Notes under the pieces: generated by a model
What the model saw: only the letters and a program-made list of their open reading frames with translations
Databases searched by the model: none
Told to the model about the DNA's origin: nothing
Shown here: positions 39,894 through 50,800 of the stretch, piece after piece
How positions within the stretch are numbered: position 1 is the first letter of the stretch
Layout: each line of letters opens with the position of its first letter
Made by a program: the position numbers and the translations under genes
NCBI GenBank assembly: GCA_028284905.1
Contig: JANQQU010000060.1
Coordinates: forward strand, 147,226 to 211,225
Length of the DNA: 64,000 bases
Direction of reading: 5' to 3'
Origin: Calditrichia bacterium
Lineage (GTDB): Bacteria > Calditrichota > Calditrichia > RBG-13-44-9 > J075

Positions 39894-41687
39894 TTATTCT
39901 TCTGTTTGCAGCTTACCCCAAAGCTTCATCAGGGCTAATGCTGCTGCGATGGTTGTTAAAGTCAGGATTGACGCCAGGCCAACATTTCCATAGAGCCAGT
40001 TCCCAGTCGCAAACAAACCACTGTAGACGGCGGTACATCCCAACAGCATACAGACGATGCCCAGTGGCACATCCCACGCTGCGTCGGTACTGTCCAGCAC
40101 ATCCTTATCTGTAGCAGCTTTGTCCAGCACCGGTTTCCAGCCAGGGCCACCCGGGCGCACCAGGCGATAAAAGCTCCTTAGTGTAGATTCATCCGTCGCT
40201 GGCGTCATCATGGTTACCACCACCCAGATAATAGTGGTTATCCCAACACCGATTACCAATTGAGCACCTGCGGAGAATGCTGGCAGTCCAATCGATGTAT
40301 GAACAAACTGAAAATAAAGCGCGACGGCAAAAGATGCGATCATGGCGGCAATCTCGCTATAGGCATTAATGCGCCACCAAAACCAGCGAAGAATAAAAAG
40401 CAGCCCGGTGCCGGCACCGATTTGCAAGAGAATGTTAAATGCCTGCAAAGCATTGCTTAATGCCAGGGCAAAGAAACCGGAGAGGATCATCAACAGGACG
40501 GTTGAAATTCGCCCAACGGCGACTTGCTTCTTCTCATCCGCATCCGGATTTACAAAACGCTTGTAAAAATCATGTACCACATAGGAGGAACCCCAGTTGA
40601 GGTGCGTTGAGATCGTTGACATTACCGCAGCAATCAAGGAAGCGATCACCAATCCCAATAGTCCATTCGGCAAGAAAGTTAACATTGCGGAATAGGCCAG
40701 ATCATCCTTTACAACACTGGGATCAATATGCGGGAAAGCAGCTTTTAAAGAGGCGATATCCGGAAAGACGACCAACGAGGCAAGTGCGACCAAAATCCAG
40801 GGCCAGGGGCGCAAAGCATAGTGAGCGGCGTTGAAGAGCAAAGTGGCGCCTACTGCGTGTTTCTCGGACTTTGCCGAGAGCATCCGCTGGGCAACATAGC
40901 CACCACCACCGGGCTCTGCACCGGGATACCAAACGCTCCACCATTGCACTGCTAACGGCAATACCAGCAGCGTTAAAAGTGCACTGGTGTCGGAGAAGTC
41001 CGGCAAAAGGTTGATCTTGCCAATGACTGCTTCATTACTCAGCAGACCACTGAGCCCACCAACTTCGGGCATATTAACAGCGACATAAGCCGCACCCAGT
41101 GCACCGATCATAGCGATGCCAAACTGGACGAAATCCGTCAGAATAACCCCGCGCAAACCGCCAATCGAGCTATAAACCACCGTCACCAAACTCGCGACTA
41201 AAACAGTTGTTAGCGGACTCCACTTTAACATTACGCCGCCAATTTTTATCATTGCCAGGAGCACTGTCGCCATAATCAATACGTTGAAAAAAACGCCCAG
41301 GTAAATAGCACGAAATCCCCGCAGGAAAGCGGCTTCTTTCCCGCTGTAGCGAATTTCGTAGAATTCCAGATCCGTGAGCACCCCGGAGCGACGCCATAGC
41401 TTGGCATACACAAATACCGTTAGCATTCCGGTTAACAAGAACGCCCACCATACCCAGTTACCGGCGACGCCATTTTGACGAACGATATCGGTTACCAGAT
41501 TGGGGGTGTCCGCTGAGAAAGTCGTTGCGACCATGGAAATTCCCAGCAGCCACCAGGGCATGTTTCGGCCGGAAAGAAAGAATTCCGACGCACTTTCGCC
41601 GGATTTCCGGGCAACAGCCAATCCGATTCCCAGGGAAATAACAAAAAAGCCAACAATAAATACCCAGTCAATTGTTTGCAGAACCAT
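39894..41687 (-). CDS. Sodium:solute symporter (SSS/SLC5 family)
   Basis: FFLSGRNMPWW, SMVATTFS, VILTDFVQ, QRMLSAK, AAVMST; about 13-14 TM segments. Confidence 0.9.
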   Translation of the reverse strand: MVLQTIDWVFIVGFFVISLGIGLAVARKSGESASEFFLSGRNMPWWLLGISMVATTFSADTPNLVTDIVRQNGVAGNWVWWAFLLTGMLTVFVYAKLWRRSGVLTDLEFYEIRYSGKEAAFLRGFRAIYLGVFFNVLIMATVLLAMIKIGGVMLKWSPLTTVLVASLVTVVYSSIGGLRGVILTDFVQFGIAMIGALGAAYVAVNMPEVGGLSGLLSNEAVIGKINLLPDFSDTSALLTLLVLPLAVQWWSVWYPGAEPGGGGYVAQRMLSAKSEKHAVGATLLFNAAHYALRPWPWILVALASLVVFPDIASLKAAFPHIDPSVVKDDLAYSAMLTFLPNGLLGLVIASLIAAVMSTISTHLNWGSSYVVHDFYKRFVNPDADEKKQVAVGRISTVLLMILSGFFALALSNALQAFNILLQIGAGTGLLFILRWFWWRINAYSEIAAMIASFAVALYFQFVHTSIGLPAFSAGAQLVIGVGITTIIWVVVTMMTPATDESTLRSFYRLVRPGGPGWKPVLDKAATDKDVLDSTDAAWDVPLGIVCMLLGCTAVYSGLFATGNWLYGNVGLASILTLTTIAAALALMKLWGKLQTEE

Positions 41688-41730
41688 AAGAGCCCCTTCG
41701 CTTAATTCTCTAATTTATATCCTGTGGTTA

Positions 41731-42600
41731 TTACCAATCTAATTGCCCATAAAGGTCGCCGAGATATTGACGCATTCGGGTAATATCTCTTTTTTCAGTC
41801 AAGTCGGGCACATGCTCCGCTAATGGAATACCGAGCATTGAGCCAGGTATCTCCCGGATCATATTTGTAATTGCCGTCGCCAGTTCTTTTTCATCCCGTT
41901 CCGGGCTTACGGGACAATTTTCTAAAAAAGGGAAAAACATCGCCCCATCGAATTTGAAGATATTCATGCTCACCCGTAATGCCCCGGAGCTATCGCGGCA
42001 TTTCTCCATATCTTCCGCTGATGGCTTTTCAATCATTTCCAGCAAATAACCGTTTTCGTCGGAACGCGCGACGCCAAATCGGGCAATACGTTCTGCCGGG
42101 AAATCCAATGCATCCCGATCATAGGCGATCCAGGCGTTTGCTGCCGAACTTTCCCGCAACAGCCGAAATGCGGCTTCCGAATACAGGTTGTCGCAATTAC
42201 AAACCGTAAACGCTTCACTTTGTAACCGCTCAGTTTGCGCCACCGCCTGACGGACAGCATCAGCAGTGCCGAATGGTTTGCTACGCCCTTCCGGGATATG
42301 TTGCACGGCGTAATCAACACGTAATCCCCGAAAATCATTTCCGCGGGGGAGATCGCCATACAGCTTTTTAAAAGCGGTATTCTCTTTACCGGTTAACAAA
42401 ACAACATGCCGATATCCTGCGGAGCGGGCATTGAAGAGAATATAGTCCAGCAAGGGACGTCCGCCTTTGCCTACGGTAATCAAGCCTTTGCTGACATTGT
42501 TTGCTTGCGCAACTGCAGTGGCATCCAGGCCATCTACCGATTGCGACTTTTTCATTCGGGAAGACATCCCGGCCGCTAAAACCACTAATGTTTCATGCAT
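41731..42600 (-). CDS. Sugar-phosphate nucleotidyltransferase (GT-A fold)
   Basis: LVVLAAGMSSRMK, PLLDY, KPFGTADAV, NCDNLY, IEKP, VSMN. Confidence 0.85.
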   Translation of the reverse strand: MHETLVVLAAGMSSRMKKSQSVDGLDATAVAQANNVSKGLITVGKGGRPLLDYILFNARSAGYRHVVLLTGKENTAFKKLYGDLPRGNDFRGLRVDYAVQHIPEGRSKPFGTADAVRQAVAQTERLQSEAFTVCNCDNLYSEAAFRLLRESSAANAWIAYDRDALDFPAERIARFGVARSDENGYLLEMIEKPSAEDMEKCRDSSGALRVSMNIFKFDGAMFFPFLENCPVSPERDEKELATAITNMIREIPGSMLGIPLAEHVPDLTEKRDITRMRQYLGDLYGQLDW

Positions 42601-42634
42601 TTACAAGTCTCAGAAATCAATAAATCTATTTTTA

Positions 42635-43993
42635 TCAATCATTATTCGCGGCAGTTGCCAGAACGGTCTTTTCGTCATAGCGGAGAAAATATATGCCTGC
42701 GACCAAACAGAGTAAACATCCTGCTACGCCACTAAGGCGAACCCCTAGGTCTGCGCCGGGATCTTTCCCCAGGGAAGTCAACGCGGCAAAGACCAGCACG
42801 CCAAACGTTTGTCCGAACTTTTGCATTAATGTTCGGGTGGCGAAGAACATACCCTCTTGTTTTACGCCGGTAACAGCGGCATCATGTGCGGCAATATCCG
42901 CCAAAATAGCATTGGGCAGAATCCCCAGAAAAGACACTGGAATGGAGAATGCGATAACCAGGGCAAAGGCCTGGGTCATATTCGGAACTGGCAATTTCCC
43001 TAGAAAGAGAATAAAAAAGAAAATCGCACTCATTAAAAAGAACGCCAGGGATACCAGCATTTTTTTGCCGGACTTTTTTGCAACAATATTTACCACAGGA
43101 TAAAACAAAAAGGAAACGAGGATCATCATCGGCAGAAGAATGCCCATCAAAGATTCGGCCAGTCCCAGCAATACTGTTATGTAATATAGCAGACCGGTCA
43201 TCACGATTGTTAGTCCCATGAAATAGGCAAAATCCGCAACAACATAATAGATGAAGTTCTGATTACTCATGGTATGGCGGATTGCTTCTTTTAAGGGGAT
43301 TTCCGTATAACCTCCCTGGCAGTAGCGATTTTCGTCGATAAAAATCACTGGCAGGAACATAAACAGTATCGCCAGCGCCGCAACAACAATGATCGCTAAT
43401 TGCAACCCTGCAACCTTATCAGCCAATTGAAATGTTTCCGCCAGCACTCCTGCAATTGCCGGCACCTGAGAAGCGAGAATAATTCCCAGGGCATAAGTAA
43501 TGGAGATCCAGGTGGAAAGATTCAACTTTTCATCAGGTGTGTGTCCAAGTTCTGGCAGCAGTGCAAAAAATGGCGTTACATAAACGGTTAGAGAGATATA
43601 AAAACAGATCTGAACAAAAATCAGCCAAACAATATTCCAGCCACTTTGACCATCTACAATCGGCACAAACAAGAGCACACAGAAGAATGCACTGGGTATT
43701 GCACCGGCTTTTAAGAATGGGATTCGGCGGCCATTTTTTCCCTGCCAACGATCACTCCAGTTCGCAATCAGCGGATCTGTAATCGCATCCAGCAAACGGC
43801 CGCTGGCAGCAATGAGGGTGAGCGTATTCAAAACGACTAAAAATACTACCTGGGAAATAAACACCGGAATGCCGGCATCCTGGGGAGGTATGTAGAAATA
43901 AACCAACTGGAGATTGACCACGTTCATCAACGTTGCCCACCCCAATTGCCCACCGGCATAGGCAAACTGTTTGCCCAGTGGTAACTTCTCCAT
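42635..43993 (-). CDS. MFS transporter, GPH/MelB family
   Basis: [37 protein letters not shown]. Start moved to ATG 43993. Confidence 0.88.
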   Translation of the reverse strand: MEKLPLGKQFAYAGGQLGWATLMNVVNLQLVYFYIPPQDAGIPVFISQVVFLVVLNTLTLIAASGRLLDAITDPLIANWSDRWQGKNGRRIPFLKAGAIPSAFFCVLLFVPIVDGQSGWNIVWLIFVQICFYISLTVYVTPFFALLPELGHTPDEKLNLSTWISITYALGIILASQVPAIAGVLAETFQLADKVAGLQLAIIVVAALAILFMFLPVIFIDENRYCQGGYTEIPLKEAIRHTMSNQNFIYYVVADFAYFMGLTIVMTGLLYYITVLLGLAESLMGILLPMMILVSFLFYPVVNIVAKKSGKKMLVSLAFFLMSAIFFFILFLGKLPVPNMTQAFALVIAFSIPVSFLGILPNAILADIAAHDAAVTGVKQEGMFFATRTLMQKFGQTFGVLVFAALTSLGKDPGADLGVRLSGVAGCLLCLVAGIYFLRYDEKTVLATAANND

Positions 43994-44159
43994 TTTGTTA
44001 TGCGAATCAGTCAAAGCGAATCCTGCACGTCTTATTCTTACTGACAGTCCCATTAAAACAGCGGGAATAAAGCAGGATAACGATACCGCTTCTAAAGGAA
44101 TTAAACAAGGCAAAATATTGCCAAAACTGAAAAGTAGAAATCCGAGAAAACTCTATTTT

Positions 44160-46172
44160 TTAAAACGGGATTTTGACCAGTGAAATGGCATCCACTTTCG
44201 ATGTCGGATATTCTTTTTTATCAAACACTAATCCGCTGCAATTCTCCGGCACTTTAATGTAAGCGACGGCTGGCAACACTGAATTTGCGGCTTTCTTTAA
44301 ATCGACCTTCCCAGCAGATGTCGCAATCGTAAATGAATCAAGATTCATTAATGGAAACACATGCCCGGTTGTCCCTAATATTTCAAATTCAGCAACATCA
44401 CAGTTTAACAAACACTGCGTTTGGTATGCACCCAGCTTGAGCTTATTTTGTAACATTTTTCCTTCAGCAAAATAAATTCCTGCGGGCAACTCGATAATGG
44501 CAGCCTCCGCGGTTAAATTCGCAAGAATCAAATAATCCCGTTCCCGGCTTTTCATTTCTATCTGAAAAATCCCTCCTTTTTCTTCAACGCTGTGAATCGT
44601 ACGCTGCTGCAAGGGGAATTGAGAGAGATACTGTTGCATCTGTTTTTCATTATAAGATGCAATATTGTCAGACGTAAAAAGCAACCCTCCGAACAGCAAA
44701 TTCAGCACATATAGTGTATTGCGTTGATCCGCGGACATCTTGATGTTTTCGTCCCGCAAAAAGTATACATCAGGGTCGTTGATATATCCGCCACGATGTT
44801 GATGTCTCCGGCTAATCGTACTATTTAACGCACCAAGCGTAGAAACACGCTCCCGGTAGCGAATAACATCACTGAGGATCCTCTCTTCCCATTTTAAAGC
44901 GACATCGCCGCTGATTCGGCAGAAGTCGCATTTCCCCCGGGCACTGCCGAGGGGTACCCCGCATGCGAGCATCCATTTGTCCCCAACAGCTTTCCGCAGG
45001 AAGGTCATTGCCGCATCCATGGCCTGACCACGATTCTCCCCAGCAGGGGGCAACAGCGCGGCAGCGTAGAGGAAATCCAATTTGACCATATCATATCCCC
45101 ACTCGCTTAAAACGGTGTCAAACACCTGCAGGAGATAATCGTGAACATCTTTATTTTGCAAATCCAGCGCATAAAAACGTCCGCTCCAACCAGCGCTTCT
45201 GCCGGCAACCACTGATCGTCCCTTCGAATTCCGACGAATCCAGTCCGGGTGATTTCGCATTACGGCGGAATTCTCTTCACAAATAAATGGCGCCAACCAG
45301 AGACCTGCCTTGTAACCACTGAAATGGATGTTTTCAGCCAATGCTTTCATGCCAGCAGGGAACTTATGATTTGCGTTTAACCAATCCCCTACCGCCGGCT
45401 GCCACCCATCATCGATTTGAAAAATATCGATGGGAATTTTTCGGCTGGCAAATGCCCGGAGATTCTCATGAATAATCTCTTCGTTAATCGCGGTGTAGTA
45501 ATTATACCAGCTTGTCCAGCCGGTTAAATCCTTCTGTAATGTTGCAGGCGCATCCAGTTGTTGAAAATAGTTTGGGAAGACAACTGTTTCCTCACCTTCT
45601 GCAAGGAACAACGTAAACAGGCGAAAAGGTGTTTTTACCAGCGTTCCCCGGCAATCTTTTTCTATGCGAATATTTCCTTTTACAGCATCATGTTTAAATA
45701 CGGTAAAACCGTTTTTTTCGGAAAGGGAACCGAGCAGCTGAAATGTCCGGCCGTTTCTGATGTAACTGTAGGTATAACCATGAAATTGCCCGGGGCGGTT
45801 TACATAGTCAGCGAATTGATAGTCCCCGTAGTAATAGAGTTGATGAAACTTGTTAATCGGCCAGGTTAAAGGATTTAGGCCCGACTGTTTTTCATCAACA
45901 TACATTTCCCGGCTTTCGCTCCAGGATTGGTAACCATTACAGAAAACTCTGTCATTTTCCCGAAAATCATATTCGATTTCATAATATGCTTCTTCCAAGC
46001 GGAGGATGTCTTCCGGGATAATATCTACCCAATACAAATTGCCGGTGTTATCCTTGTTCCAACGGGCAGTTAGCGAAAAATGTGCGTTGTGCACAGTTTC
46101 CATTGGCGAGAATTGATAGCTTTGTTTTTCTCCATTTACCAGAATTGTGATGCAAAGCTTTTGAATTTTCAT
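44160..46172 (-). CDS. GH36 alpha-galactosidase family glycoside hydrolase (cytoplasmic)
   Basis: NGYQSWS, GWTSWY, FQIDDGW, GLWLAPF, KLDFL (nucleophile), RISGDV (acid/base), NDPDV; no signal peptide. Confidence 0.88.
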   Translation of the reverse strand: MKIQKLCITILVNGEKQSYQFSPMETVHNAHFSLTARWNKDNTGNLYWVDIIPEDILRLEEAYYEIEYDFRENDRVFCNGYQSWSESREMYVDEKQSGLNPLTWPINKFHQLYYYGDYQFADYVNRPGQFHGYTYSYIRNGRTFQLLGSLSEKNGFTVFKHDAVKGNIRIEKDCRGTLVKTPFRLFTLFLAEGEETVVFPNYFQQLDAPATLQKDLTGWTSWYNYYTAINEEIIHENLRAFASRKIPIDIFQIDDGWQPAVGDWLNANHKFPAGMKALAENIHFSGYKAGLWLAPFICEENSAVMRNHPDWIRRNSKGRSVVAGRSAGWSGRFYALDLQNKDVHDYLLQVFDTVLSEWGYDMVKLDFLYAAALLPPAGENRGQAMDAAMTFLRKAVGDKWMLACGVPLGSARGKCDFCRISGDVALKWEERILSDVIRYRERVSTLGALNSTISRRHQHRGGYINDPDVYFLRDENIKMSADQRNTLYVLNLLFGGLLFTSDNIASYNEKQMQQYLSQFPLQQRTIHSVEEKGGIFQIEMKSRERDYLILANLTAEAAIIELPAGIYFAEGKMLQNKLKLGAYQTQCLLNCDVAEFEILGTTGHVFPLMNLDSFTIATSAGKVDLKKAANSVLPAVAYIKVPENCSGLVFDKKEYPTSKVDAISLVKIPF

Positions 46173-46471
46173 ATCTTCTCTATAAAATCAGTTATGCGCC
46201 TTCTCAACAAAAACAGTTCTATTGTTAACATCACCCTGAAATGCAAACACATTACCGTAAACCTGAGAATTATGCAATGGGATTTTCCTCATTTAGATTG
46301 AATTTTCTGCTTTACCCGGAAATTAAAATCGTTTATGTTGAACCATTAAACCCAGGGAGACTTTTTCCACACTTTTTCGTAATTAATTCGTAAGAACAAT
46401 ACTGTTTTAGACTAGTATAATTTTTCTAATTTCATTGACTATCAAGATTGCAAATTGGACGGAGAAAATTT

Positions 46472-47794
46472 ATGCCTGCAAAGAACTTGTTCGTGCTGGA
46501 TACCAATGTAATTTTATATGACTATAACTGCCTGGAAAGCTTTGCAAATGATGATGTTGTTATACCGATTACGGTGTTGGAAGAGTTAGACCAATTTAAA
46601 AAAGGACATAGCCAAATTAATTACAATGCCCGCCAATTTGTTCGCATTCTGGATGGATTTGTGGGTGACAAACTAGTTACCAGGGGCGCTACTACCGGTA
46701 ATGGTAAGGGGAAATTGAAAATCATTACCAATCACCAAAATGAGCCGAAAGTGCGGGAATCCTTTAGCGACAGTAAGCCGGATCATCGCATCCTCAGCGT
46801 CGCATATCATCTCACTGAAAACGAAAAGAAACGCAATGTTGTCCTGATATCGAAGGACATCAACCTCCGTTTAAAAGCGAAGTCTCTGGGAATTGTTGCG
46901 ATGGATTATTCCACAGATCGCATCAAGGATATTGAGAATCTTTATCCCGGGAAACAAACCGTAGAGAATTTTCCGGATACGATTATCGATGCTCTCTACC
47001 AGTCCGAGAATGGTCTTGCGCTTGAAACAGTCGATTTGCCGTCGTTAATCCCCAATGAATATTTAATTCTCAAGAACTACCAAAAGTCAGCCTTAGCATT
47101 TTACAATTCGGCGGAAGATCAGGTGCAACGGGTGGAGAAACAATCGGCTTACGGCATCAATCCACGTAATGCGGAGCAGAGTTTTGCGTTGCACGCATTG
47201 ATGAATCCGGACGTTCAGCTAGTGACGATTTCCGGCAAAGCGGGCACGGGAAAAACCCTGCTGGCATTGGCGTCGGCATTGGAAATGCGACGACGCTATC
47301 AGCAGATTTACCTGGCGCGTCCGATTGTGCCATTATCCAATCGCGACCTTGGTTTTCTCCCCGGAGATATCGAAGCGAAAATTGATCCGTATATGCAACC
47401 GCTGTTTGACAACCTGGCTGTTATCAAAAATCGATATGGCGAAAGAGACCCAGAATATAAGCGGATATCGGACATGATCGCCCAAAATAAACTAGTCATA
47501 TCTCCACTAGCTTACATTCGCGGCCGCAGCCTGGAACGCATCTTCTTCATTGTCGACGAAGCACAGAATCTAACACCTCACGAGGTTAAAACGATTATCA
47601 CCCGGGCAGGTGAAGGCACCAAGGTTGTATTTACCGGAGACCCCTACCAGATTGACACTCCTTATCTGGATGCGCAGTCCAATGGTTTGACTTTCTTAAT
47701 CGACCGAATGAAGGGACAAAAACTTTATGCGCATGTCAATCTGGAAAAAGGCGAACGCTCCAAGCTGGCAGAGTTGGCGAGTGATCTGCTTTGA
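46472..47794 (+). CDS. PIN-PhoH protein (PhoH2/YlaK-like)
   Basis: PIN domain VLDTNV, VLEELD, DHRIL, SKDINLR; PhoH ATPase GKAGTGKT, GFLPGD, YIRGRS, VDEAQN, GDPYQID. Confidence 0.93.
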   Translation: MPAKNLFVLDTNVILYDYNCLESFANDDVVIPITVLEELDQFKKGHSQINYNARQFVRILDGFVGDKLVTRGATTGNGKGKLKIITNHQNEPKVRESFSDSKPDHRILSVAYHLTENEKKRNVVLISKDINLRLKAKSLGIVAMDYSTDRIKDIENLYPGKQTVENFPDTIIDALYQSENGLALETVDLPSLIPNEYLILKNYQKSALAFYNSAEDQVQRVEKQSAYGINPRNAEQSFALHALMNPDVQLVTISGKAGTGKTLLALASALEMRRRYQQIYLARPIVPLSNRDLGFLPGDIEAKIDPYMQPLFDNLAVIKNRYGERDPEYKRISDMIAQNKLVISPLAYIRGRSLERIFFIVDEAQNLTPHEVKTIITRAGEGTKVVFTGDPYQIDTPYLDAQSNGLTFLIDRMKGQKLYAHVNLEKGERSKLAELASDLL

Positions 47795-47853
47795 GGCTGG
47801 TGATTTTTATATAGGATATTGAATTTGTAAATTCTGAGGAATCGTCTGATAAA

Positions 47854-47892
47854 TCGTTGTTCGTTCTTCGTTCTTCGGGATAACGAACAACG
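47854..47892. repeat. Heptamer tandem repeat forming a hairpin between convergent genes
   Basis: tcgttgt-tcgttct-tcgttct; cgttgttcgtt (47855-65) pairs with aacgaacaacg (47882-92). Confidence 0.6.
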
Positions 47893-47898
47893 GAGCAG

Positions 47899-50800
47899 CT
47901 ACTCGAACAATTTTAACTGATTTTGCTTCTCTTTCCGCAACACAACCTTTTTCGGCTTCTCGGTTGTCAGCTGTGCCTGAAGTGCCAACTCGATATCCGC
48001 CAGAAATCTTGATGGATTGTTTTCCATCCTGCGGTTTTCCAATTGCCTCTTCCCGGCCCGGGAAAGGATCAAGTTGTCTTTTGCGCGCGTCATCCCGACA
48101 TAGAACAATCGACGTTCTTCCTCCAGGTCGCTTTTCATACCGCGCCGTGAGAAAGGCAGAATGCCCTCCTCACATCCGACCATAAAGACTACCGGGAATT
48201 CCAATCCCTTTGCAGCATGGAGGGTCATCAAAGAAACGCGATCGGCCCGTGGATCGTAAGCATCCCCCTCGCGTTGCAGCGCGGTGTTTTGCAGAAAGCC
48301 TTGTAAATCGCCATGAAAATCTCCGGCAATAGCAATCAACCGATCCAGCAATTGTCGATCTTCCTCCGGCCAGGTGACCGATAATTGCAGTTGCATAAAC
48401 ATCAGAATTTTTTGAATGAACCCGGCGACTGCTTCTCGCTGAATGCCAGTACGAATTTCAGAAATCAGTGGGATAAATTTGGACAACCAGGCTTTTTGCG
48501 AATCATTAAACGCGTTATTGTCACGAAACGCTTGCAGCACATCCCAATTACTTAAACCAGCATTTTTTGCGAATGCCGCCACTCGCAAAAATTCACCGGT
48601 CTCGCCTTTAGCATTACCATCCGGATAAATATTTTCCAAATGAAACAATGATTGCGGATTCCAGGCAAACCAAAGATAGGCCAACACTTGCTGAATAACA
48701 GGATCTTCGAAAAAAGAAATTCTTTCCGTAGATTGATAGGGAATGCCGGATCTTTCCAGGGCTTCGGCCAGATCATCCACCTGCCGATTCAGTCGATACA
48801 AGACCGCAAAATCTGAAAATCCCCGGCTTTTCTCTTCCCCGGCGGCTCTACCGGAATCCATCGAAAAATGACTTGTGCCTCCGATCCGCGCTTCGATTTG
48901 CTGAACAACGAATTCCGCCTCCGCTTTCCCGGTGCTGGCAACATGGAATTCGATTAGCTTTTTGCTAACAATATCGGAAATTAGCGACAGACCGGATGAA
49001 TCATCTCCCCGGGAAATCACCTGCCCGGCCGCTTGAACGATATTCCGATTCGATCGATAGTTCTTGGTTAGCTGAACCTTTACCGTTTGGGGGAAATCTT
49101 CCTGGTATCTCAGAAAATACGAGCGATCGGCGCCGCGAAAGCCATAGATCGCCTGATCGGCATCACCAATTGCACAGAAGTTAGTCTGGTCGGTATTTAG
49201 CATTCGTATCAGTGCATACTGGGAAGCATTGATGTCCTGATATTCGTCAATAGAGATCCAACGATAGCGCTCCTGATAGGCAGCAAGCACTTCCGGAAAA
49301 CGGCTGAACAATTTCACCGGCTGCAACAGTAAGTCATCATAATCAACCAATTGATAGCTGCGCAGCGATTTTTCGTAGGTTTGATAATCCTCCAGGAAGG
49401 ATTCGTCGCTCATAATGTTTTTACGCGTCTCCCCTTCCCCACCGGTCAGCAAAACGTTTTTAGCTTCGGAAATATTTTTTGCCAATCGCTGCAATTTCCG
49501 GGTTTTATAATCGGGAAACAACTTTGCCAGAAATAGTTTTTGATTCAGGCCATCCAAAATGGTAAACCCGGAATCAATCCCGATACTTTCACCGCTTTCC
49601 CGCAGGACCATCGCGCCAAATCCGTGGAAAGTATTTATGGTAATGCGCCCGGCGACTTCAGCTTCGCAAAGTGCAGCAACACGCTCGGCCATTTCCCCGG
49701 CGGCTTTGTTGGTAAACGTAATAGCCAGGATGTTCTCCGCAGCGACAGATTTTTCTCTTATCAGATAGGCAATTCGGTGAGTTAGTGTGCGGGTTTTCCC
49801 AGTGCCGGGACCAGCCATTACCAACAAGGGCCGATCGACACATAATACGGCCTCTCGCTGCTCTGGATTTAATCCTGCCAGCAAATCGTCACCATCGGTC
49901 TCATCAGAAGCCGTGAGTGGAGAACCGCACTTTTTATCCACTGCGGCGTCTTTTTCTAAGTCAGCAGACGTTTTCTCCGTAGAATGCACTTCTACATTAT
50001 TTTCAATTTCGGGAGCAGCAGGTTTACCCTTGGAAGGGAATAAGTCCAACTGGGACGCATAAATAGCTGGCTCCCCTTTTTCAAACAATTTGATGACGCC
50101 AAATTCTCCATCATATCCGGCGATTGGCCGCACTTCACAATTTCGCATTCTGCGAATGCCTTCTGCCAGCCGGGCACCGCCATCGCGGGCGAGGTCTTCC
50201 AATGGTGCATCCTGGAGAATGTGCAATTCCGAGCCCAGCTTTCCCAGCAAACCAAGATACGCCTTTTGTACCCGTTTACTGTTCGGACCAACTTCGTAAA
50301 TCTCACTCAACACTTCCGGCAACGGAATCAAACTATGAAATGGTGCCGTTTTTTCAGGTCTTTCTCCCTCTGCCCGATCTGCCAGTGTTTCGATGCGATG
50401 CATTACCCCGACCGTCACCGGCTTCCCACAACGCAGGCAGCGCATGTCGTGGGCGATCGTAGTTTTCGGCGTCCAGTTTGTGCCGCATTTACGATGCCCG
50501 TCATGATGATACTTTCCCTCCTGGGGGAAAAATTCCAAAGTGCCCCGAAAGGTATTCGGATCTGCGCTTTTCATCGCATCGAACATCGCGAAATAAGACA
50601 ACTCGGTTTCGAAGAGCGTTGCTTCGCGAGCCAATTTTTGGGGAGAATGTGCATCGGAGTTGGAAACAAGGGTGTAGTTGTCCAGGGCGGACCAACGCCA
50701 ATTCATCGGCGGGTCCGAAGACAAACCGGTCTCCAATGCAAAGATATGCGGGGTTAAATCGTTGAAACAATCCTCGATGCGATCAAAGCCGGACTTGGAG

